A stretch of 64,000 bases of DNA, from NCBI RefSeq assembly GCF_002854065.1, contig NZ_CP024147.1, one strand, 5' to 3'. How positions within the stretch are numbered: the stretch's first letter is position 1; the number at the start of each line of letters is the position of its first letter. This document shows, one piece after another, positions 56,470 to 64,000 of the stretch. The notes beneath the pieces are model-generated. The model was not told the DNA's origin. It was given only the letters and a program-made list of their open reading frames with translations, and ran no database searches. The DNA comes from Escherichia coli (GTDB lineage Bacteria; Pseudomonadota; Gammaproteobacteria; Enterobacterales; Enterobacteriaceae). The position numbers were made by a program, and so were the translations under genes.

Positions 56470-57087
56470 ATGACCACACAATATGGATTTTTTATCGATT
56501 CCAGCCGCTGTACTGGCTGTAAAACCTGCGAACTGGCGTGCAAAGATTTTAAAGATCTTGGCCCGGAAGTCAGTTTCCGCCGTATTTATGAATATGCTGG
56601 CGGCGACTGGCAGGAAGATAATGGCGTCTGGCACCAGAACGTGTTCGCTTATTATCTCTCCATCTCCTGTAACCATTGCGATGACCCCGCATGTACAAAA
56701 GTCTGCCCCAGCGGCGCAATGCATAAGCGTGAAGATGGCTTTGTGGTGGTTGATGAAGATGTTTGTATCGGCTGCCGCTACTGCCACATGGCTTGTCCGT
56801 ACGGCGCGCCACAGTACAATGCTGAAAAAGGGCACATGACGAAGTGCGATGGTTGTTATTCGCGCGTCGCCGAGGGGAAACAACCCATATGTGTCGAATC
56901 CTGCCCGCTGCGTGCACTTGAGTTCGGTCCAATTGAAGAGCTGCGCCAGAAGCACGGCACTCTGGCTGCCGTCGCGCCACTGCCGCGCGCGCATTTCACA
57001 AAACCCAATATCGTTATCAAACCTAACGCCAACAGCCGCCCGACCGGCGATACCACTGGTTATCTGGCTAATCCGGAGGAAGTTTAA
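56470..57087 (+). CDS. ynfG: 4Fe-4S ferredoxin-type electron-transfer subunit (DmsB-like)
   Basis: 205-aa ORF with four Cys clusters. Confidence 0.95.
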   Translation: MTTQYGFFIDSSRCTGCKTCELACKDFKDLGPEVSFRRIYEYAGGDWQEDNGVWHQNVFAYYLSISCNHCDDPACTKVCPSGAMHKREDGFVVVDEDVCIGCRYCHMACPYGAPQYNAEKGHMTKCDGCYSRVAEGKQPICVESCPLRALEFGPIEELRQKHGTLAAVAPLPRAHFTKPNIVIKPNANSRPTGDTTGYLANPEEV

Positions 57088-57088
57088 A

Positions 57089-57943
57089 ATGGGAAATGGA
57101 TGGCATGAATGGCCACTGGTTATCTTTACCGTATTGGGTCAATGCATAGTAGGCGCGCTGATTGTTAGCGGAATTGGCTGGTTCGCCGCCAAAAATGACG
57201 CAGACCGTCAGCACATTGTTCGTGGCATGTTTTTCCTCTGGCTGTTGATGGGCATCGGGTTTATTGCCTCTGTCATGCACCTGGGATCGCCACTGCGGGC
57301 GTTTAACTCGCTGAATCGAATCGGAGCTTCTGGTCTGAGTAACGAGATTGCTGCCGGTTCCATATTTTTTGCCGTTGGCGGACTATGGTGGCTGGTGGCG
57401 GTCATCGGTAAAATGCCGCAAGCGTTGGGGAAACTCTGGTTACTTGTCAGCATGGCGCTCGGCGTCATTTTCGTCTGGATGATGACCTGCGTGTATCAAA
57501 TCGACACTGTGCCCACCTGGCATAACGGTTACACTACGCTGGCTTTCTTCCTGACGGTATTGTTGAGTGGTCCAATACTTGCTGCCGCAATTCTGCGGGC
57601 AGCCCGCGTTACATTTAATACCACACCATTTGCCATCATTAGCGTTCTAGCGCTGATCGCTTGTGCCGGGGTGATTGTGCTGCAAGGTTTGTCTCTGTCG
57701 TCTATTCACTCATCCGTGCAACAAGCCAGCGCACTAGTACCAGATTACGCCTCCTTACAGGTCTGGCGTGTGGTATTGTTATGCGCAGGTCTAGGATGCT
57801 GGCTTTGTCCGCTCATACGTCGCCGTGAACCTCACGTTGCCGGACTTATTCTGGGGTTAATCCTCATTCTTGGCGGTGAGATGATCGGGCGTGTGCTCTT
57901 TTATGGCCTGCACATGACGGTAGGAATGGCTATTGCAGGTTAA
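57089..57943 (+). CDS. ynfH: membrane anchor subunit (DmsC-like)
   Basis: ATG at 57089 (MGNGWHEWPLVIFTVLG...), ~284 aa, 8 TM helices; track ORF is an upstream extension. Confidence 0.9.
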   Translation: MGNGWHEWPLVIFTVLGQCIVGALIVSGIGWFAAKNDADRQHIVRGMFFLWLLMGIGFIASVMHLGSPLRAFNSLNRIGASGLSNEIAAGSIFFAVGGLWWLVAVIGKMPQALGKLWLLVSMALGVIFVWMMTCVYQIDTVPTWHNGYTTLAFFLTVLLSGPILAAAILRAARVTFNTTPFAIISVLALIACAGVIVLQGLSLSSIHSSVQQASALVPDYASLQVWRVVLLCAGLGCWLCPLIRRREPHVAGLILGLILILGGEMIGRVLFYGLHMTVGMAIAG

Positions 57944-57985
57944 CAAATTGGTGCGGGGCAACCCGCACATTTCAGGATGTTAGGA

Positions 57986-58600
57986 ATGACCCATTTTTCA
58001 CAGCAAGATAATTTTTCTGTCGCGGCGCGCGTGTTGGGCGCGCTGTTTTATTACGCTCCAGAGAGTGCTGAAGCCGCACCTCTGGTTGCGGTACTCACCA
58101 GTGACGGCTGGGAAACTCAGTGGCCTCTACCAGAAGCGTCATTAGCGCCGCTGGTGACGGCTTTTCAGACACAGTGTGAAGAGACTCACGCCCAGGCCTG
58201 GCAGCGTTTGTTTGTCGGCCCGTGGGCACTGCCGTCTCCGCCGTGGGGGTCGGTCTGGCTGGATCGCGAATCTGTGCTGTTTGGCGATTCAACATTGGCA
58301 CTTCGTCAGTGGATGCGCGAGAAAGGCATTCAGTTTGAAATGAAGCAAAACGAACCGGAAGATCATTTTGGTTCACTGCTGTTGATGGCTGCGTGGTTGG
58401 CGGAGAATGGTCGCCAGACAGAATGCGAAGAATTGCTGGCATGGCACCTTTTTCCGTGGTCAACACGTTTTCTTGACGTTTTTATCGAAAAAGCAGAACA
58501 CCCTTTCTACCGCGCACTGGGTGAACTGGCTCGCTTAACGCTGGCGCAATGGCAATCACAACTGTTAATTCCTGTCGCGGTTAAACCGCTGTTTCGATAG
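57986..58600 (+). CDS. dmsD: Tat proofreading chaperone (TorD/DmsD family)
   Basis: ~204 aa from the ATG at 57986. Confidence 0.9.
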   Translation: MTHFSQQDNFSVAARVLGALFYYAPESAEAAPLVAVLTSDGWETQWPLPEASLAPLVTAFQTQCEETHAQAWQRLFVGPWALPSPPWGSVWLDRESVLFGDSTLALRQWMREKGIQFEMKQNEPEDHFGSLLLMAAWLAENGRQTECEELLAWHLFPWSTRFLDVFIEKAEHPFYRALGELARLTLAQWQSQLLIPVAVKPLFR

Positions 58601-58613
58601 GATCACCGTAATA

Positions 58614-58650
58614 TTGCCGGATGGTGACGATTACGCGCAATCCGGCAATA
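58614..58650. repeat. REP-like inverted repeat/hairpin (ATTGCCGGAT ... ATCCGGCAAT) after dmsD
   Basis: 10-bp perfect inverted arms with a 17-nt loop. Confidence 0.5.
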
Positions 58651-58793
58651 ATAGGTTACAGTGTCACGTTTTTTATCTCTTAAAGCACGCACTGCTTTTG
58701 CGGCTGGCCTCTTTTGCCGCAAAATAGTCGCCCGTGTTTCATTGCCCATTTCTGCTCATGCATCATCTACACATCTATCCGGATCTGCGCACT

Positions 58794-60050
58794 ATGTTCC
58801 GCCGTCTGCTTATCGAAACAGTCGTCGGTATTCTCGCGGCCTTTGCCGTTGCCGGGTTTCGTCATGCGATGCTGCTACTGGAGTGGTTGTTCCTCAATAA
58901 TGACTCGGGCAGTCTGGTCAATGCAGCGACAAATCTTTCCCCCTGGCGACGGCTGCTAACTCCGGCGCTCGGCGGACTGGCGGCGGGTTTGTTGTTGATG
59001 GGCTGGCAGAAATTTACCCAGCAACGCCCTCATGCGCCGACCGATTACATGGAAGCGTTGCAAACCGATGGTCAGTTTGATTACGCAGCAAGCCTGGTTA
59101 AATCGCTTGCCTCTCTGCTGGTAGTAACCAGCGGCAGCGCAATTGGTCGCGAAGGTGCGATGATTCTTTTAGCTGCCCTTGCCGCCTCCTGTTTTGCCCA
59201 ACGTTTTACGCCACGCCAGGAGTGGAAATTATGGATCGCCTGTGGGGCCGCGGCGGGAATGGCTGCGGCCTATCGTGCCCCGCTTGCTGGCAGTTTATTT
59301 ATAGCCGAAGTGCTGTTTGGCACTATGATGTTGGCCTCTCTCGGCCCGGTGATTATTTCCGCCGTCGTGGCATTGCTGGTTAGCAATCTGATTAATCATA
59401 GCGACGCGTTACTCTACAGCGTACAACTCTCAGTGACGGTTCAGGCTCGTGACTATGCGCTGATTATCAGTACAGGTGTGCTGGCAGGTCGGTGCGGACC
59501 ACTGTTGTTAACGTTAATGAACGCCTGTCATCGTGGATTTGTGAGTCTCAAACTTGCGCCGCCCTGGCAACTGGCACTAGGCGGGTTGATCGTGGGTCTG
59601 CTTTCCCTGTTCACACCTGCAGTGTGGGGCAACGGCTATAGCACCGTACAATCCTTTTTAACCGCCCCGCCACTGTTAATGATCATTGCCGGGATCTTCC
59701 TTTGTAAACTGTGTGCCGTGCTGGCGAGTAGCGGTTCCGGCGCACCCGGTGGTGTCTTTACACCGACGCTATTTATCGGTCTTGCCATTGGCATGTTGTA
59801 TGGTCGTAGCCTGGGATTATGGTTCCCTGATGGCGAAGAAATTACGCTTTTACTCGGATTGACCGGGATGGCGACACTGTTGGCGGCAACCACGCACGCG
59901 CCGATTATGTCGACGTTGATGATATGTGAAATGACCGGGGAGTATCAGCTACTCCCCGGTTTATTGATTGCCTGCGTAATTGCGTCGGTAATCTCGCGGA
60001 CGTTACACCGTGACTCTATCTACCGCCAGCACACTGCGCAGCATAGCTAA
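58794..60050 (+). CDS. clcB: ClC-family voltage-gated chloride channel
   Basis: ATG at 58794 gives ~418 aa (track ORF starts at GTG 58734); GSAIGREGA selectivity-filter-like motif. Confidence 0.9.
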   Translation: MFRRLLIETVVGILAAFAVAGFRHAMLLLEWLFLNNDSGSLVNAATNLSPWRRLLTPALGGLAAGLLLMGWQKFTQQRPHAPTDYMEALQTDGQFDYAASLVKSLASLLVVTSGSAIGREGAMILLAALAASCFAQRFTPRQEWKLWIACGAAAGMAAAYRAPLAGSLFIAEVLFGTMMLASLGPVIISAVVALLVSNLINHSDALLYSVQLSVTVQARDYALIISTGVLAGRCGPLLLTLMNACHRGFVSLKLAPPWQLALGGLIVGLLSLFTPAVWGNGYSTVQSFLTAPPLLMIIAGIFLCKLCAVLASSGSGAPGGVFTPTLFIGLAIGMLYGRSLGLWFPDGEEITLLLGLTGMATLLAATTHAPIMSTLMICEMTGEYQLLPGLLIACVIASVISRTLHRDSIYRQHTAQHS

Positions 60051-60698
60051 GCGGATGTATTGCCCCAGTTCACGCTGTTCGGCGCGCGGCAGATAAGGCA
60101 GTTCACCAATGAGCGGTGCCGGAAGTTTTTTACCGAGCACATCAATGATTTCCGCATAATGCGCCAGTCCTGGGTTGATTCGGTTAGCCACCCAGCCAAT
60201 GAGCGGCAGCCCGTCGTTGGCAATCGCCTGAGCTGTTAGCAGTGCATGGTTAATGCAACCTTCCTGAATACCGACAACCATCAACACCGGCAGTTGTTCC
60301 TGCACCACCCATTCAGAGAGTGGACGCAAATCATTCATCAGACTACGCCAGCCGCCAGTCCCTTCTACCACGACATGATCGACTTTTTCGGTCAGGTTTG
60401 CCAGGCCGTTTGAAATGAGGGTGTAATTGATTGGGCAACTGTGCGCCACGCTACTTTCTTCTTCGCTTAACGCGATAGGATTAACTGCTTCATAAGGCAG
60501 TTCGATGGTTGAAACACTCTGCAACACCAGGGCATCTTTATTACGCAGCCCTTCGGGTGTCTCTTTGCTCCCCTTCGCTACGGGTTTATATCCCGCAACC
60601 GTTTTTCCCTGGGAGGCTAACGCTTGTAGCAATGCGCGGGAAACCACCGTTTTCCCTACAGAAGTGTCTGTACCGGTAATAAAGAAACGCTTCAGCAT
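60003..60698 (-). CDS. ynfK: dethiobiotin-synthetase paralogue (BioD-like ATPase)
   Basis: P-loop GTDTSVGKT; ~231 aa; 3' end overlaps the clcB 3' end by 48 bp on the opposite strand. Confidence 0.85.
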
Positions 60699-60822
60699 CA
60701 CTAACTCCACCGTTATGCTTCACAAATATAAACCAGGAAAATAATTAACCTTGAAAGTCTAAGTTATGCTTTCCTGGCCCAAATTGAGATAGCGCAAATT
60801 TTGGTAGAACAGTTAAAAAATG

Positions 60823-62043
60823 TTAACCCTGCAACAGACGAATCAACAAAGAACCGTTATACATCGCGTCTTTTACCAGCGCAGCCCCTGCCATCGTGCC
60901 CTGGTTAGAAAACTGAGTACTCTCAACGCTAATGTGCTGACTATACGCAGGAAGGGCCTGCTGACGGATGCTATCTGAGATGACCGGGAAGAGGATATCT
61001 GCCGCTTTACTTAACGGTGAGCCAATCAGTATTTTTTGTGGGTTAAATAAATTCACCATGATGGCAAGAATGCGCCCTACATGCGCGCCCACCCCGGTAA
61101 TGATGTCTTTTGCCAGCAGATCGCCGCGCAATGCCGCCTGACACAATGAGTCCACGGTTAACGGTTGCCCATGTAACATCGAGCTCATGGATTGATTGAG
61201 ACGCAGCTGTGCCAGCTCAAGAATACTGTCCACACTGGCGATGGTTTCGAGGCAGCCGTGGTTCCCGCAATAACAGCGTTTACCATATGGGTCTACCTGT
61301 GTGTGACCTATTTCCACGAGGCTACTGCTGCCTGCGTGTAGCAGATGACCATCGGTAATGACGCCCGCCCCCACGTTGTGATCGATAACCACCTGGATCA
61401 CATCGCGCGCCCCGCGTGAGGCACCAAACAAGGCCTCTGCCATCGTCCATGCGCTGATATCATGCTGAATATAAACCGGAACGCCGGTATGCTGCTCCAG
61501 AGCCTCGCCGAGCGGCATCTCTTTTACATCCTCGTAGAACGGCATGCGATGTACAATGCCATTTTCCGTATCAATAATTCCCGGCAGGGTTATGGCAATC
61601 GAAGTTAGACGCTCAAGTTTTTTCTGGTGGCGGATAAAAAACTGATCGATATGGGAAATGATACGATCCAGCAATGGCGAGTCATCTTTTAACGCCAGTT
61701 CCTGCGACTCTTCCACCACCAGTTTGCTGCTCAGATCGCGCAGAGCAAGGAAAATCTCCCCGCGACTAATGCGCAGAGAAAGATAGTGCCAGGCTTCAGT
61801 TTCAACCACCAGCCCCACCGCCGGACGGCCACGGTTCCCCGCTTCTTTGATTTCCAGCTCTTGTACCAAGTGTGCTTCGAGCATCTCACGGACAATTTTA
61901 GTGATACTGGCAGGAGCCAGCTGCGCCAGACGGGAAAGATCGATACGCGAGACTGGACCAAGCTGATCAATCAGGCGATAAACCGCGCCCGCGTTGGTCT
62001 GCTTTATTTGATCAATGTGCCCAGGCTGGTTTTCAGCAACCAC
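60823..62043 (-). CDS. mlc: ROK-family global regulator of sugar uptake (Mlc/DgsA)
   Basis: 406-aa ORF with N-terminal HTH and ROK sugar-kinase-like domain. Confidence 0.9.
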   Translation of the reverse strand: MVAENQPGHIDQIKQTNAGAVYRLIDQLGPVSRIDLSRLAQLAPASITKIVREMLEAHLVQELEIKEAGNRGRPAVGLVVETEAWHYLSLRISRGEIFLALRDLSSKLVVEESQELALKDDSPLLDRIISHIDQFFIRHQKKLERLTSIAITLPGIIDTENGIVHRMPFYEDVKEMPLGEALEQHTGVPVYIQHDISAWTMAEALFGASRGARDVIQVVIDHNVGAGVITDGHLLHAGSSSLVEIGHTQVDPYGKRCYCGNHGCLETIASVDSILELAQLRLNQSMSSMLHGQPLTVDSLCQAALRGDLLAKDIITGVGAHVGRILAIMVNLFNPQKILIGSPLSKAADILFPVISDSIRQQALPAYSQHISVESTQFSNQGTMAGAALVKDAMYNGSLLIRLLQG

Positions 62044-62177
62044 CGCATACTCCCTATATTTTCGCGCTCCGAAATAATCTGTAGGCTATGGTGAAGCACT
62101 TCAATACGTGTCGTCAAATTTTTACTTAGGCATGTGATTAACAGCACATTTTTCGGGCTTTTTCGCTGAAATTTCCC

Positions 62178-63071
62178 TCACCTGAGAGCATTCAGCAGAT
62201 GAATACGAAAGTTACGCGCAGCTGGACTTTGTTCATGATGTTTCGGCCAGACCAACCACATTTCAGAAACCGCATCCTCTTCAGCAATCGGCACCCAGCG
62301 CATTTCGTTGAGCTGAACACGTTTAAATGACGCAGGCAAAATTGAAACACCCAGACCGGCGGAAACCAGACCGATGATGGTCATTGCCTCGCCCACCTCC
62401 TGAGTGATGACGGGCGTCAAATGGTAACGTCGCATCAGCCCGAGAATATCGTCATACAGCCCTGTCCCGACGTGCGGATCAAAAAAGACAAAGGGTTCTT
62501 TCGCCAGTTCAGCCAGTTTTACACTCGAATTATTTGCCAGGGGATGATCGTGCGGGATCATCGCCATAAGCGGTTCATGGACGATGACTGCGTGTTCAAG
62601 CGTCTCCGGTAACGCTGTGTTACGCAGCAATCCCATATCCAGCGTTCCTTCAATGAGCGGAGCGATTTGCTCGCGAGTGTTCATTTCGCGGGTTTGTAAA
62701 TGGACATCGGGATAATCTCGGCGAAACAGCGATAACGTATCGGACACCGCCCGAATAAAAGGAGCCGACGAAGTAAAACCAATGCGCAACTCCCCCGCTT
62801 CACCCTGATGCAGTCTTTCAGCGCGAGCGGCAGCGTCATCCACCATAGACAGGATTTGCCGACTATCTGCAAGAAACTGTTTTCCTGCTGCCGTCAGCAA
62901 TACACTGCGATTGGTTCGTGCCAGCAGTCGGGCACCAATTTGTTGCTCCAGCGCCTGAATCTGCTGACTTAGCGGCGGTTGCGAAATATTCAGGCGGGCA
63001 GCGGCGCGCCCGAAATGCAGCTCTTCCGCAACAGCAACAAAGTAACGCAGATGACGAAGTTCAATATTCAT
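62178..63071 (-). CDS. ynfL: LysR-family transcriptional regulator
   Basis: 297-aa ORF with LysR HTH (MNIELRHLRYFVAVAEELHFGRAAARLNISQPPLSQQIQALE). Confidence 0.85.
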   Translation of the reverse strand: MNIELRHLRYFVAVAEELHFGRAAARLNISQPPLSQQIQALEQQIGARLLARTNRSVLLTAAGKQFLADSRQILSMVDDAAARAERLHQGEAGELRIGFTSSAPFIRAVSDTLSLFRRDYPDVHLQTREMNTREQIAPLIEGTLDMGLLRNTALPETLEHAVIVHEPLMAMIPHDHPLANNSSVKLAELAKEPFVFFDPHVGTGLYDDILGLMRRYHLTPVITQEVGEAMTIIGLVSAGLGVSILPASFKRVQLNEMRWVPIAEEDAVSEMWLVWPKHHEQSPAARNFRIHLLNALR

Positions 63072-63177
63072 ATTTAAAACATCTTATTTGAGATTATTAA
63101 TATATTAGACAGAACAATTCGATTTTCCTACCCTATGTATAAGCCTGATCCACAGGCATATTTAGCAAGGATTTCAA

Positions 63178-64000
63178 GTGAGCCGTACTACAACTGTTGA
63201 TGGCGCTCCGGCAAGCGACACTGACAAGCAAAGCATTTCTCAGCCAAATCAATTTATTAAACGCGGTACGCCGCAATTTATGCGCGTCACCCTGGCGCTG
63301 TTCTCTGCCGGACTGGCAACATTTGCACTTCTCTATTGTGTGCAGCCTATCCTTCCGGTGCTTTCGCAGGAGTTTGGCTTAACGCCCGCGAACAGTAGTA
63401 TTTCACTGTCCATTTCCACGGCGATGTTGGCTATTGGTTTGCTGTTTACTGGCCCCCTATCCGATGCCATTGGTCGCAAACCAGTGATGGTCACGGCGCT
63501 ACTGTTGGCCTCCATTTGTACGTTACTTTCGACAATGATGACCAGCTGGCACGGCATTTTGATTATGCGCGCCTTGATTGGGCTTTCGTTAAGTGGCGTG
63601 GCAGCTGTTGGCATGACTTATCTTAGCGAGGAAATCCACCCCAGTTTCGTGGCCTTTTCGATGGGGTTGTATATCAGCGGCAACTCAATTGGCGGCATGA
63701 GCGGACGCTTAATTAGTGGTGTCTTCACGGACTTTTTCAACTGGCGAATTGCTCTGGCGGCTATCGGTTGTTTCGCGCTAGCCTCGGCGTTGATGTTCTG
63801 GAAAATCCTCCCGGAATCACGCCATTTTCGCCCGACTTCGCTGCGACCTAAGTCGTTGTTTATCAACTTTCGTCTGCACTGGCGTGACCGGGGATTACCG
63901 TTATTGTTCGCAGAAGGCTTTTTGCTGATGGGGTCGTTCGTCACGCTGTTTAATTACATCGGCTATCGGTTGATGCTCTCCCCCTGGCATGTCAGTCAGG
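63178..64000 (+). CDS. ynfM: MFS transporter, 5' portion (continues beyond window end)
   Basis: GTG start at 63178 (VSRTTTVDGAPASDTDK...), open to the window end; divergent from ynfL; absent from ORF track. Confidence 0.75.
   Translation, partial: MSRTTTVDGAPASDTDKQSISQPNQFIKRGTPQFMRVTLALFSAGLATFALLYCVQPILPVLSQEFGLTPANSSISLSISTAMLAIGLLFTGPLSDAIGRKPVMVTALLLASICTLLSTMMTSWHGILIMRALIGLSLSGVAAVGMTYLSEEIHPSFVAFSMGLYISGNSIGGMSGRLISGVFTDFFNWRIALAAIGCFALASALMFWKILPESRHFRPTSLRPKSLFINFRLHWRDRGLPLLFAEGFLLMGSFVTLFNYIGYRLMLSPWHVSQ

Overview
This window reads as an Escherichia coli-type chromosomal segment, mostly conserved core genes, with one clearly accessory region: a decayed ~14.8 kb lambdoid (Qin-like) prophage at ~30097-44904. 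Gene names are assigned from recalled homology and operon order, not from a database search. Core gene order: lsrA'(3' end)-lsrCDBFG-tam | yneE, uxaB, dgcF(yneF), yneG-glsB-sad (minus) | yneJ, yneK, ydeA | marC / marRAB | eamA, ydeE, mgtS, mgrR, dgcZ, ydeI, ydeJ, dcp, ydfG, ydfH, ydfZ, ydfI, then ydfJ, which is split by the prophage. The prophage retains ydfK, pin invertase, tfa, a tail-fibre C-terminal fragment, tail genes K'(stub)-L-M, a chimeric Nu1-like::tape-measure ORF, a lambda-like cos site, a cold-shock/moron cluster (ydfO, gnsB, ynfN, cspI, cspB, cspF-like), and an S21-type lysis cassette (essQ-ydfR-rrrQ-Rz/Rz1). It ends in a Q antiterminator fragment, an IS3-family element without target duplication, and an integrase C-terminal remnant; no repressor, replication or excision genes are present. 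Downstream are rspBA, ynfA, ynfB, speG, ynfC interrupted by a complete IS2 with a 5-bp target duplication, ynfD, ynfEFGH-dmsD, clcB, ynfK, mlc, ynfL and the 5' part of ynfM. I found no rRNA, tRNA or CRISPR array. I do not see a convincing novel multi-gene system; the findings are mainly structural observations about the prophage decay, the two IS elements, several apparent frameshifts, and small regulatory elements. ORF-track starts include GTG/TTG and upstream extensions, so several start coordinates below were trimmed to the start I judge most plausible.
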